This document shows, one piece after another, positions 11,424-23,593 of a stretch of DNA of 64,000 nt. Positions within the stretch are counted from its first letter, which is position 1. Every line of letters starts with the position of its first letter. The translations under genes were made by a program, and so were the position numbers. The notes under the pieces are model-generated. The model saw nothing but the letters and a program-made list of their open reading frames with translations, did not search any database and was not told the origin of the DNA. The stretch comes from Adineta vaga (taxonomy: Eukaryota; Animalia; Rotifera): contig CP075496.1 of NCBI GenBank assembly GCA_021613535.1, positions 9,300,001-9,364,000 of the forward strand, written 5' to 3'.

Positions 11424-12651
11424 AAACAATAAATCACTATTTAAAAAGATAAAGTAACTAATATATTTGTTGAATTTACAAGTTTTTTTTGTATTCTGTT
11501 TATGAATAATCTCATTAGAATTTTGTTGGTTTTTTGGTAAACTGAAAACTATTATAGAAAAACGACTAGAAAGTTTAGAAATCAATTCTTTGAACATTTA
11601 TCATCCGTTATCAATTTCGTTTTACAACTGTCATCGAAAAAATAAGTTTTAACAGCAGCCAACCCATCACCTATTTTAGAAACGCTTGTTGCAAGAGCGC
11701 CTATTATTGATACACTCTTCAGCTAGAAAAAAATAATATCTATACTTATGCTACTGACAGCTGCTGCATAGGCAAGAAATGAAGGCGTTTTACTTAACAC
11801 ACATCATTGAGCTTCATGAAGATTTAATTTTTCGCAGACTTGTTGCAGAAAACTTGAATCATCTTTATCATTCTTTGAATAAGTTGCTGAGGTGACTGTT
11901 ACGGGTGACACAAGTAAGTAAATAACAGAAAAAACATTCATAACCTGAGATGTTAGAAAAAACATTGATAAGATGAAATGTGAGTGCTTTGTGATTTTTG
12001 TACCACATAAAATATATTTTTCTATTTATTCTCTTTCTCTTTTTTTTCCTACGTCAATACTTACGCTAAGAATATAAATGATCTGTGTGAATCGTATTTC
12101 TCGTTTCCAACATTCAAAAATTACACAACATACACACATGAAGCGAACAAAACAGAATGAGAGTAAAAAATATATTCTCAAAAAAATGTATACTTTCAGG
12201 CAGGCAAAAAGAGAAAAAAAATCGAGAGAATTTTGTTTTTGCAGTCTGAGGAGAAAACTTATACAACAATCTTCATCAAATAATTGCTTCTATCTTATTT
12301 TACTCGTTGTCTTTCACTTTGAAAAGCATAAAGTGTTACGCTTGGCATCAAGAATAGAGATTCTGTTAGTCTCAAATGTAATGAAAAACATTATCATATA
12401 TTTTTTCCTAGTTGCTATATTGCGCAAACAATATTTGGTTTGAGTTTTTTTTCTCAAAGTTCATGTTACATAAGTTATCGCTACCGTCAAACAGCGTATA
12501 CGAAAGAACAATAAAAAATATTAAGGTATGGGTAGATGGATGCATAGCGCTTATCTACCTTTTACGTTTTTTTTAAAATTTTCATCATTTATTATTTTCA
12601 AAACACTAGCTTTGCATACAAATTATTTCATTTTATTTCTGTTACATAACT

Positions 12652-14866
12652 ATGAATGAAGTATCAAGGATATTTTTGATTCTTCACTTAGTTTTTCAAT
12701 TACAAATTCAAGCATTAGATCCATTTGATCCATATGACGACAATGATTTTTGTACACCATCAATGGCAATCTGTTCTTTTGAATTACATGCTAGTACACA
12801 TATGACTATGTTCTATAAGAACTTATTTCGTGTCGTTGCTACAGAAAATGGTACATTACATCACTATAATAATCCGAATCAAACGTTTTCAATGAGCGAA
12901 ATCATTACGGGTGATGGCTATCCTAAACTCGTAAGCGTCTAACACATGAATTAAGAAAGAATTTAGTATCTATTTGTATATATATATATTAGGTTTATGT
13001 TTTTAATCATACCTTGCCTGGTCCTGTTTTACATGTTTATCAAAATCAAATAGTACGCATACGAATCTTTAATGATTTTACTTCAGAATCATTGAGTGTT
13101 CATTTTCATGGTATACGACAAGTAGATACTCCCAGAAGCGATGGAGTTGGACGTTTAACACAATTATCAATTTTACCTGGTTCTAGTTTTCTTCATGAAT
13201 TTAATGCAGTAGATGCGGGAACTTTCTGGTATCATTCTCACATTCATTCACAAACAGCAATGGGTCTTATGGGTGGTTTTATTGTTCATCCAAAGTCAGC
13301 TCCTATAAAAGAAGTACAAGGAGAATTTGTACTTCTTCTAAATGATTGGCAACATTTTTATACGAATGAACAACATTATTTGCTGATTGAAAGTGGTCAA
13401 TTCTATCCGAATGATTTGGAATCATTAACAAAATCTGATACCATTGATTATTTTCAAGCTGTTGATGGATCGAGAGCTGCAGAAGCACTTGTCACTTCGA
13501 TTTTAATCAATGGTCGTGGTCAATACGTTGATTCACGTAATGGTACAAAAGGTTCAAGTACAACACCGTTCGAAGTTCTCAAACTTGTTTCCGTACAAAA
13601 TAATTCCAGTTATCGTCTTCGTTTAATTAATGGTGGGAGTGTTTTTTCATTAAAATTTTCCATCGATCAACATCCATTGAAAGTCATTGCTTCCGATGGT
13701 ATACCATTTGCACAACCTATAATTGTTGATCAATTGATCATTGGCCTTGGTGAACGTTACGATGTCATTATTGGCAATTCACCAAATATTGATATTACAA
13801 CAGATTATTGGATTCGTGTTGACACAATGGATAAAAATAATAATACGAGATGGCATGGTTTAGCTATCTTACAGTATGCATCAACCAATAAAATGCCTAC
13901 AAGCGAACGACAAAATTGTACGGTAGTTCAACCGTGTCGAATTTTAAATTGTCCTTTTACTCAATACGGTCCAAATACGATTGATGAAGGGAATCCTTTT
14001 ATGTGTCTGACTCCATTGAATATGAGTACACATGATGACTATCTTGATCATCAATTACTTGATGAAAAATTACCTATTAATATCAAACAAACATTATCAT
14101 TGACAATGGTTGAAGGTCTTGATAGTCAAGCTGGCTATGAATCTTTTAATTTCATTGGTATGAAATATCCATCAATGACAGAGCCGATTCTTTTCAATCC
14201 TCAATTAGCTAGAGAACTACTTCCATGTTCGAATCGATCCCTGGATGAAAACTCAGGTGAGAAATGTTATCATACGATTGTTGCCAAGTATAATGATACA
14301 ATTGAAATACTTCTTGTCAATTTTGATGAAGATCAACATCCGATTCATTTACATGGTTCGTATTTTCATATTGTTGAACAAGGATTAGCTCAATTGAATA
14401 CGACAAGTGGAGAATTTCTTGCTAATAATCCTGATGTCATATGCGATGAACATGCAATATGTATGTGTAATCAAACAAGTTCAAATTGTACAAAAATTGA
14501 CATGCGCCTGGTTAAAGATACAATACAATTACCTCGAGGAGGGTATATGATTTGTTCACGAATGAAATGATTATAGAAAACGTTAGGAGATATTTTAGAT
14601 ATATGAGAATACGATTTCGAGCAGTAAATCCGGGTGTTTGGCTATTTCATTGTCACACTGAACCACATCTTGATCGGGGTATGGCGATTGTATTTCATGT
14701 CAGTAATTAAATTCATTCTCAATAGAAATGATTATATCTATTTCTTTACTTTTAGATTGCTGAAGATCGACTTCCACCAATTGAGCCCATTTCAGTCTCA
14801 AGTGAAAACATTTATTCTATTATTGTGATTGCATTTTCGCTTTTTTTCTTAGCTGTATATAATTGA
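12652..14866 (+). CDS. Multicopper oxidase (laccase/ascorbate-oxidase-like), secreted with C-terminal hydrophobic anchor, 4 exons
   Basis: All four Cu-binding motifs present: HFHG, WYHSH, HPIHLHG and [12 protein letters not shown], the last found after splicing. Introns 12931-12992, 14543-14598 and 14699-14755; signal peptide; stop TGA 14864-14866. Confidence 0.93.
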
Positions 14867-15364
14867 TTCTTTTATACAGTTAAAACATTTGCAGTATAAA
14901 TAAAAAATAAAATATAATCAAGAATATACTAGTCATTCGATTTCTTCTGTCGTCCATGATGTCTATGTTGATGCTCAACGATGACAATATAGTAAATGAT
15001 TATTACGACAGGTTCGTTTTCTCTGAAATTGAACTAAATGTGGAATATCTGTGGTTGGTTATAACAACAGATCTCACGCAAACTATTCATCAATCACCTC
15101 TCGGCCGCACGCGCGCGTTAAGATTGAAAGAGAGAGAAAGAGACATTACAAAAACATTAAACAATCTGTTATAAATATAAACAATCGATCTTCGTTGTTT
15201 TCAATTTTAGTCTTTTTTTCTCTTATAAAAGACGCAATAAAAGCACGTAGTCACATGCAAATAGTGTTGTACTTTTGACGAAAACATTCTCCTCGTTATT
15301 TACTTTTAGTTTTAATTTTTTAAGCATCCAAACATCATTCTATTTTCAGATAAGTTTAATCTGA

Positions 15365-15799
15365 ATGGCGAAAGAATCTAGACCTCAGTGGGTGATTACA
15401 TCTCACATAAAAGATGTTGATCTACATGGATATCAATCAATGGATTTAGCACTTGACAAAGTCAAACAAACTTTGGCTATAGCAAAAAAGCACGAACAGA
15501 ATTCGTACAAAATTATTCCCGGTCGTGGAACACATTCGGAAGTGAATCAATACGGTCGAAAATACAAAGAGACAAAGAACTGGAAGCGTGAAATAAACTC
15601 TGTATTATTCGAAGCTGTTAGAGAGTATTTAAAAACTGTACAGAACGAATTTCATGTATATGAAATGCCAACTAATAATAATGCCACTGAAATTTATATT
15701 CGAGCCAAGAGTGCAATGAAAAGTAAAAGCAAACGGTCATCCTTGTATCTTCCTGAAGATTTGATTCCGCCGAATGTCGAATCAGATCTAAGTGATTGA
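15365..15799 (+). CDS. Stand-alone Smr (small MutS-related) domain protein
   Basis: Smr motifs VDLHG...A and KIIPGRGTHS, then LFEAVREYL...NN-type C-terminal strand; 144 aa. Confidence 0.8.
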   Translation: MAKESRPQWVITSHIKDVDLHGYQSMDLALDKVKQTLAIAKKHEQNSYKIIPGRGTHSEVNQYGRKYKETKNWKREINSVLFEAVREYLKTVQNEFHVYEMPTNNNATEIYIRAKSAMKSKSKRSSLYLPEDLIPPNVESDLSD

Positions 15800-16499
15800 A
15801 TTACACTGTACTTTGAATTTGATTTTGACTATTTTTCAAACACTTTCTTTCCTGTATATTTCCAGTTTATTTTTCTAATCACCACAGAAGGTTTGGGTGA
15901 AAGTTGAAATCCTTTTATCTTCTATAGTTAGAGACACCTATCACTAGATATATAAAATAGATGCTTCAATAAAAAGACAACTATAGCCGCGAATATATAC
16001 TTATGATCACGAACAGCTCTCTTGGCGTCGTATTTGAAAAACATGTTATTACTTCATTGTACAAATTAATTTTACGTTTTGATAGCTGTATCTGCATAAT
16101 TAGCATTAATCATCTATTATACGAAAAAACTGTAAAATATATGATTGCAATGAATCACTTTATTGTTCTTCTCAATATCGTTGAATTATGACACGCGACA
16201 GTATGCACAACGATATAATAAACATTCACTAAATTCAATCGTAAAAAAAAGAATTCGTCCTTTCTAAACGATAAAAAGAACTGCTCAGTCACGATTAGCT
16301 CGTAACAATCCATCAGTAGGATATTGGCATCCGCTACTTCATTCACTCTCTCGTCTTTTGTACACTTGATTAGAAAATCATTGTATCCAATATAAACGTG
16401 AATTATCTCTATCTTTAATGTGATGATGTTACTCCCTATTATCTGGGCGACTCACCAATATCGCCGTCTATAGTCCGATTTTCTATAAGTGCCGTACTT

Positions 16500-17170
16500 G
16501 AGGAGACTTTTTTTCATCAAAATTTAGTTTCTTTGACTACATGCTTATATACATTCCTACATTTACTAGAAATTCTCAAGGATACTTAAAATATTCAAAA
16601 TTATTTTCATCTTTATGCGTCATTCATATTGAGAGATAGAACATCGAACGGCTCAATTATTTCATCGTTGAACGCGAACGATTAGCTTTTTATATTGATT
16701 TGGCTTCTGGGACTTTATTTTCATCGGTTCTTCATTTCAGATAGAATTGTTTGTATAAAGGATGTACTTGCCATGATCTTCTTCTTCTTCAACTACTCAA
16801 TCGAATGTCCTATTTACAAAGTCGAAACACTGTAGATGATACATTTATTTATAGACATTATTCATTATCTTCACTTGAAGAGCACGATTTACGATTATGC
16901 AATTCTAAATCATTTGATATTTTGATAGAATATTTCCCACAACTGTCAATACTGAAAGTTGGTAACATGTTAACAAGTATTTATTGTCAACTATCTACAC
17001 TTCTTGCTGCTCTTTTTATTGAAATTCTATCATTATAAGACGAGTTTCGTTTAATAATCGCATCGACAACAATTTCAGTGCATTGTCTTATAATGAAGTA
17101 GTTCAGAAAATATTGATACGTGTGCGAACCATGTCTAATAGCTTCTTCGTCGTCTGAAAACTTGATTGCA
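16500..17170 (+). pseudogene. Degenerate F-box/LRR-like fragment
   Basis: LRR-like phrases (LQLLNRMSYLQS, LIEYFPQLSILKV) in a short ORF flanked by stops. Boundaries approximate. Confidence 0.3.
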
Positions 17171-17221
17171 CATATGGTAAATTCGAATTTTATCTTTTAA
17201 GGTTATATTAATTACTCTGTT

Positions 17222-18139
17222 TTACATGCCTATTGGAAGGACAGTATTTTTCTTCCATTTTAATCTTTTCATCAGGGATATTTTGAGTGGTTCTGTAAAT
17301 TGCAGTATAGCTATTGTTACGAATGACAAAGATATGTTAACAAATATGTATGCAATACGAAAATGATATTTAGGTGGAGTGGTAAAGAATGAAATGAAAA
17401 CCAGTAGAGTGTACGGAAAACCAATAGTAATAATACCGCTTACGAGAATAACTAAATGATAAACCATTTTTAATTCACGTTGTGCCCGAACTAAACTATT
17501 ACTTGTTATGACATGTTTACTCATCTCTCGAACACATCGAACTAATTTTATATAGATGTATACAATTAAAGAAATGGGTATAGCATAAATAAACAATCCA
17601 TTGTAGAGCATGAAAATAGAATATTCAAATGGTATTTGACATATTTGATTGTCAACATTATAAACGATTCTATTTGCAATTATGAATGGTAGAGGACAAA
17701 TAAAACCAGTAATCCATATTAAACAGATCAAACTCAATTGAAATCTCATCGATTGCCAAATAAAGCGAGTTGGATATCGAATAATTATATATCGATAAAT
17801 AGCTTGCAGTAGATAAGAATAATTTTGTAAGAATGTGACAACATATGCTGTATATCCACGAAAAACACAAAGTCCATCGTAATATTGAATTCGATTGAGA
17901 TCATTTTGAAAAGTAAACAAAGTAAGACCAAACATAACACATCCAAATGCTAATTCGGATAAGCATGAATTAGCAATTAACATCATAGAAACGCTATGAC
18001 ATGCTCGATCAAATTTTATAATAATTAAGTAAATAGTTGCAAGTAATACAGCAAAAGCTGTAGAAAGAAGCATGAGAATATCAATCGGAATAAACCAGGA
18101 TTCGATATTTATTATTGTTGATTCATTGTTAGATGTCAT
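17222..18139 (-). CDS. 7TM G-protein-coupled receptor (rhodopsin-like), single exon
   Basis: Seven hydrophobic segments; LCVFRGY, QAIYRY (DRY-equivalent), ECL2 Cys (NQICQIP), AQRELKM before TM6. First ATG at 18139. Confidence 0.9.
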   Translation of the reverse strand: MTSNNESTIINIESWFIPIDILMLLSTAFAVLLATIYLIIIKFDRACHSVSMMLIANSCLSELAFGCVMFGLTLFTFQNDLNRIQYYDGLCVFRGYTAYVVTFLQNYSYLLQAIYRYIIIRYPTRFIWQSMRFQLSLICLIWITGFICPLPFIIANRIVYNVDNQICQIPFEYSIFMLYNGLFIYAIPISLIVYIYIKLVRCVREMSKHVITSNSLVRAQRELKMVYHLVILVSGIITIGFPYTLLVFISFFTTPPKYHFRIAYIFVNISLSFVTIAILQFTEPLKISLMKRLKWKKNTVLPIGM

Positions 18140-19149
18140 GCTCAATACGAGTTAAAAAGATAATTTATTTGAAACCCGTTATGAGTTTTTCAAAAAATAA
18201 ATTTTATGCGGCTGAAGCGATCAAAATTATGCATCCGCAAGATTGCGCTGATGTCGTGATGATGATGATGATGATGATAAGTGACCAATTTGAAACTAAT
18301 TCAAAATGATTATTACGTGTGAATAACATAAAAGGTTGAGAAAAAGTGCATCTCATCTGTTTCATCAAGCATGAAATGTTTGTTAGTTACTAAGTGAAAG
18401 AAAGGAAGTTTATCCTTGAATTTTATTGATATTATCTGAAAAGTGCAATTTGTTTCGTACTTTACAGTTAATGTATGTCAATCATATTTAAGAAAACATC
18501 CGTTTACATTTATTTTACAATGTCAAAGCATACATATTTTGAGAGAAAGATTAATATGTCACCATCTATTCGATCTTTCGATCCATTTCTCATATGCTAA
18601 AGAATATTCTTTTTAGATATATGACGATAATGTAGTAAAGGCTTGAGAAGATGTAACATTAATATTGCGTTTATATGTGCATATGTGATACGATTATCGT
18701 CGAATCTCTAATTGTGTCATGTGTAAAATGGCACAATGGAAAGTGATTTTTTAAAGTTTTTATAATTAGATCCAATGTCTTGTTCATTATGAACATTGCG
18801 TGGAAATCATTGTTTATTTTGCAAGATAATGATCTAATCAGCAATTACAATTATATAGACTAATTAAAATTATAGAAGAAAACAATTTAATAGGAGAAAA
18901 ATTTCAGTTTAAAGAAAAGGTCCATTGATATATCTAACGTTAATGGAATGGTTGAAAAAAATGCGTAAAAGTAGTATTGACGTTCTCCGATTCTTGTGAA
19001 CGTTTTTCATACATTTTTGTCTTATTTATCAAGTCTAGTTGGAATTATGTAAATTATTGTTCTAATAGAACAGTTTGAGATTGTATGAATTGAATTTCCT
19101 CTTTGCAAATACTAGAGTCTCGTTTTCTTCCATCAGTTGATCAATTCTT

Positions 19150-19702
19150 TTGCAGTATTCAATTGTTTCAATGAGTATATGTAGTTTACTGTAGTTCTGG
19201 AATGTATTAGCAATTTTTCCTTTTAATGATTCTAAATTTTCATATCGTGATTGGTTATCGAAATATAGTCTAGTATATCAGTACGATAGAGAAATAACAT
19301 CGGTATAATTAAATGACGACAATGACCAGCAAATCGTACCATTAATATAAAATATAACACCATGCACATCCGATCGTGTTTGTAATTTGTGTTGTGATTG
19401 ACCTGGATCCTTACAATTCATACCAACCATATCCATCAAATCAATATGATATTTTGTGTGAATGAACGACCCTATCTATTCCTTTAGCAAATTGCAACCA
19501 TTTGTACCAGGACTAGCCTTGAATAGTGTGCCGCGGTCAGATCAATAATCAGAGTCGTTTTTCCAATGCCTTCTAGTCCAATTGGATTCAATCGACGTAC
19601 ATTTTTCAGGTAACTGTTGTTTATTTTTCTTCCTGGTGTTAGATTTAGTAAGTGCGGTGATGAAAATGCTGATAATATTATATTGTTGAGCATTGTTCTC
19701 AA
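19150..19702 (-). pseudogene. Degenerate P-loop GTPase (Ras/Arf/G-alpha-like) gene remnant
   Basis: GLEGIGKTTL (G1) near 19550-19580, then YHIDLMDMVG (G3 DxxG) near 19420-19450 and DVHGVIFYIN. Interrupted by stops; boundaries approximate. Confidence 0.5.
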
Positions 19703-20001
19703 TGAGATACAACTGACGACAAAAATGGTATGAAAATCATTATTAAAGTAAAAAACGTTTTGTTAATGGCAGGTTAAACTCACTAAACTGGTCGATTGCT
19801 ATTTTGATTTGGTTAATAAAAGACATCTTGAGGGTGTTTTTTGTTCAAAAATCGCTGATCATTATATATAAGGTTATTATACTCATATAGAAAAGACATT
19901 GTAATCGTCACACTATTGTCTCTATGAAGTATAATCGAATAAACGCTAAAGTTGAAATTTCTAATAAAAAATGTAGATGTTAACCTCATCAAATACGCTT
20001 C

Positions 20002-20023
20002 ATATATATATATATATATATAT
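20002..20023. repeat. (TA)n microsatellite
   Basis: Direct run. Confidence 0.85.
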
Positions 20024-21161
20024 AGGTTTATAGATACAATTCATCAGATTTGTGTAACTGATTATAGTTCTTAGTACAGATTCCAGGGTTTCAATATCGG
20101 GGATTATACTTCTTAAACTTTTTGATAAACACACCAATGGATGATTGTTTTAATTCCATTCTTACTGAGAATAGTCGATACTGATATGAGACGTGGAATA
20201 TCGAACAAATGTATACATGTTTGTCTGACATATACACACGTATTGAGATATCCTATCTAGAATACTTTTATCGTAACCTATCTCCTTTTTTTTATCAAGA
20301 ATGTATATTACATCTGTGACTTTACAAGAAAACTTTTAATCTTTGTATTTTTCCAATAAAAAACTTACATTCACATTCTTCCTTTTTCTCTTCTGTGTTT
20401 GTGCTACTTTTTCGATTACTCACTACCTTGCACATAGTAGTATAAAATCGGTTGAAACAAAATAATATTGCCTAATCGGAAGGATATACAAGTAAGTATA
20501 TTCATTACATAAAACGATCATATACTGTGATTTTATTTTCCGATAGAAGAAGTAATTACCTTATATATCTTCAAAATACTACCTACACGTACTCTTTTTA
20601 TTACTATTGATCTGTACGTCATGATAATATATCTCTTTGTACATTGATGTCGTTAATACAGCAAAATAGGAAAGAACAATAGGAGTGTTATAGATCACTA
20701 TTAAATTTGATAGAATCAGGACAAATAAATGTTTCCAAATTCTTCGAAAATTTTTTATTATCTTATGTTATATAAACAAAGTTTATATGAGGAGAATATA
20801 GGAACTGCATCGAAATCTTATTGCCATTGCAACAACAACTTATGGTCATAATGAACAACTGTAAAAACGGTTATTTAGTATGATAGTAGTATGTATGAGT
20901 TTGCAATACAAAACTTATTCTACAGAAATCGAGAGATAAGAGAAAAAAGAATATTCTATTTCAATATTATATGAATAAAAAACTACTTTTCTCGTACGAA
21001 AACAACGTCTTTTCTTATATCTCTGCTTTCATTTTACCGTTGCCCACAACGAGACTGACCAGTTCGTCATTCAAGCTATATTACATAGATATTTCCATTT
21101 CCATATTGATTGAATTGTTTTTAGATTTATTTTTTTGTAATTAACCAATATTCGAACAAAT

Positions 21162-21605
21162 ATGGATACGGCTAATACATATTTTACATCACTTGCTATT
21201 ACGGACGATACACCGATGACAAGCACAAATGAAAACAGTGTTGAAACAGCACCACCACCCTATCAATCGAATGACATCCACAGTAAATTTCAATCAAGAA
21301 TGTCAATAAAGAATGATCGAAATTGTCAGCCATCTGCCAATATAATAGTAACCCATATTCCATCAACAAGTAATATACAGTCCCATTTGGCCTGGTCTAT
21401 TATAAATGCTTTCTGCTGCTGCTGGTGTTTTGGATTTATTGCTTTATTCTATTCACTGAAAACGCAACGTTTAAGAAAAGAAGGCCATTTCCAAGCTGCT
21501 ATAGAAGCTTCGGCAAATGCTAAGTGCTGCAATATGTTTACAACAATATTTACTGTTATATTAATTTTTTTCTCGTGGATTATTTATTATTTATTATGTG
21601 CATGA
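21162..21605 (+). CDS. CD225/dispanin (IFITM/PRRT-like) membrane protein
   Basis: PPPY-containing N-terminus, then SHLAWSIINAFCCCWCFGFIALFYSLK...G...AIEASANAK and a C-terminal TM: the dispanin signature. Confidence 0.88.
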   Translation: MDTANTYFTSLAITDDTPMTSTNENSVETAPPPYQSNDIHSKFQSRMSIKNDRNCQPSANIIVTHIPSTSNIQSHLAWSIINAFCCCWCFGFIALFYSLKTQRLRKEGHFQAAIEASANAKCCNMFTTIFTVILIFFSWIIYYLLCA

Positions 21606-21939
21606 TCAACTTTGTTTTGTATAAATACATGAAATAAACAACATCTTCATGTGCTGAATCACCTGGATTGTGTTGTCGAAACTGATGTGTTAAATAACGG
21701 ATGTTATTCTTACTTTTCATCGAATATAAAAGAAACTAATTCATTTCACAGTTTGCATTCACTAACAAAGAATTATACTTCTAAAATTCTTATAGAAGCA
21801 AATACTGAACTTATATACATGCAACATATTCAGTTTCACTCACTCTTTCTTTTAACCGACTACTACATATATTGTCTAACATTTGAAAAACATACAAATT
21901 TCAATAGGATTCGATTGAACTATGATTATTGGCCTTGGA

Positions 21940-22300
21940 ACAGCAGCTATTCTCGATGTGATGGTATATGGGCCTGTCCGCGGATGGTGCTGATGAATTG
22001 ATTTGTCTTTCTTATACATGTTCATCAACTGAACACACATGTATATCAATTCAGAAGTACACAAAAAAAGTTTATCCAGTCGGTTAATAAATGATGGAAT
22101 TATTGATCGTTTCGGAGGTATCGATCAGTCACAATATTGTTCTCGTTTCTCAAATATATATATCAAACTCACTACGTAAATACTGATTTTCTATGTTTAA
22201 ATACTAGTGCTCGTTCGTGTGTAAAACCAAGCGTTTCCTGCAATGGCCATGTTACTTGTCCTAATGGTTGATGACGAATATCTTTGTCATCATACAGATC
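21940..22300 (+). pseudogene. Decayed fragment of an LDLa-repeat GPCR (paralog type of 48935-53566)
   Basis: RCDGIWACP, a frameshift, then DGADELIC; later INDGIIDRFGGIDQSQYCSR and CVKPSVSCNGHVTCPNG. These match the order of CNQLWNCLNGADEIDC / MNDGIIDCLGATDEPKQCR / CLSSWSLCNNHIDC in the 1543-aa gene. Confidence 0.65.
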
Positions 22301-22880
22301 CAGTTTCTCAGAAGATGGGAACGTATCTAAATCGTGTGAATGAAAGTATTTTTAAAGATACTCTCAGAAAATTGCGATGCAAACGTTCTCGATGTGATTA
22401 GTCACATGAAAGCAGTACCTTAATATTGCGTCTCTATAACATATGACGGGAATATAAATGAAAATATACGTATGAAGTTTGATAGATACGAAGACAGCAA
22501 ATATTGGTAATATTCATGGGAACATATATTTTAAATATTTACGATCTCTTTTACTCTTGTAGAAATGTGCTTAACTATTCGATTATAAAAAGATCTATAT
22601 AAATGGTGTGAAATAAAATTTCTGTTAAACGTCACTTTATTGTGGACTCATCAAACGAGAAAAACTTCGAGTGACGTTCAAATACTAGTTTTTGATACAT
22701 AAAAACTAAACTGAAAAGATTTGTTACGAGAAAAATATATATATTAATTCGATCTGAATACACTGTCGCCAGACTTGACGTAATCCTGTACAGTTTTCAG
22801 TAGTATTGTTTTTATGAGTAACGTTAACTTCTCTGCAACATCTCGTAGATTCATCTCTTTGTTAGTTAATCCAATACAAC

Positions 22881-23252
22881 ATGGCTTATGTTCGGCATAA
22901 TCAATATGGAGTTAAGGACATTAGTCATAACGTTACTGTACCAAACAATGATGTCGCACGATTAATGTATTATCTCGATTGTACTTGCAGTGCTATTGAT
23001 TACAAAGAAAATGGTATCAATCGATATCGTAATTATAATAACTGGGTACAATTATCAAACGAAGAAATTCGTTTATTGATTGTTCTTTGTTATACTCTTA
23101 GTCCTGATGTATTCAATAACAAAGTATTTTTTCATTCCGATGCTCTTTGTATTAGAATGGGATTTTTTTTTCTTGTTACGCATGAATACTTCTCATATTG
23201 TAATCATATCATTTTTATCATACTACTACGAGTCCTGTGCACATACGCATGA
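22881..23252 (+). CDS. Conserved-looking hypothetical protein, probably 3'-truncated
   Basis: The first about 90 aa look globular (NDVARLMYYLDC...LSPDVFNNKVFFHSDALC) and recall an uncharacterised family I associate with bdelloids (from memory, unverified). After DALC the frame runs into intergenic-looking sequence. Confidence 0.5.
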   Translation: MAYVRHNQYGVKDISHNVTVPNNDVARLMYYLDCTCSAIDYKENGINRYRNYNNWVQLSNEEIRLLIVLCYTLSPDVFNNKVFFHSDALCIRMGFFFLVTHEYFSYCNHIIFIILLRVLCTYA

Positions 23253-23593
23253 GCATATACATCTTCTGAAATACTGAACGTAACTTCCTGCTACATCTTA
23301 GATCTAGCATAACAATTTAATTGAGACTCTAACGACACTGTACATTTTCTTTTTCTCGAATCCATTTAATAGATGTATGATTATATACTAACGAAGAAGA
23401 ACACGTTTTATCATGTTGAATTTGTTTTACTTTGTAACGCGACAAGAAAAAGAAACCCATACGTTCTCATACGAATCAAAAAGAAAGATAAAGGCGATAG
23501 CGATACGATAAATTACAGCGTCATATTAGATGCAAAATCGTATTCGGCCTTCGAGAGTAAAAGTAAAAGGTCGTATCATTACAATACAACAAT

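Noticed and set aside
12078-12443. This and many other 60-120 aa track ORFs in intergenic or antisense positions
   Set aside because: Composition is typical of random AT-rich translation (F/I/K/L-rich), often with non-ATG starts and no motifs.
20930-21026. Imperfect inverted repeat agagataagagaaaa...ttttcttatatctct (similar hairpin at ~1233-1273)
   Set aside because: Low-complexity purine/pyrimidine tracts in AT-rich DNA; no TSD or second copy seen.
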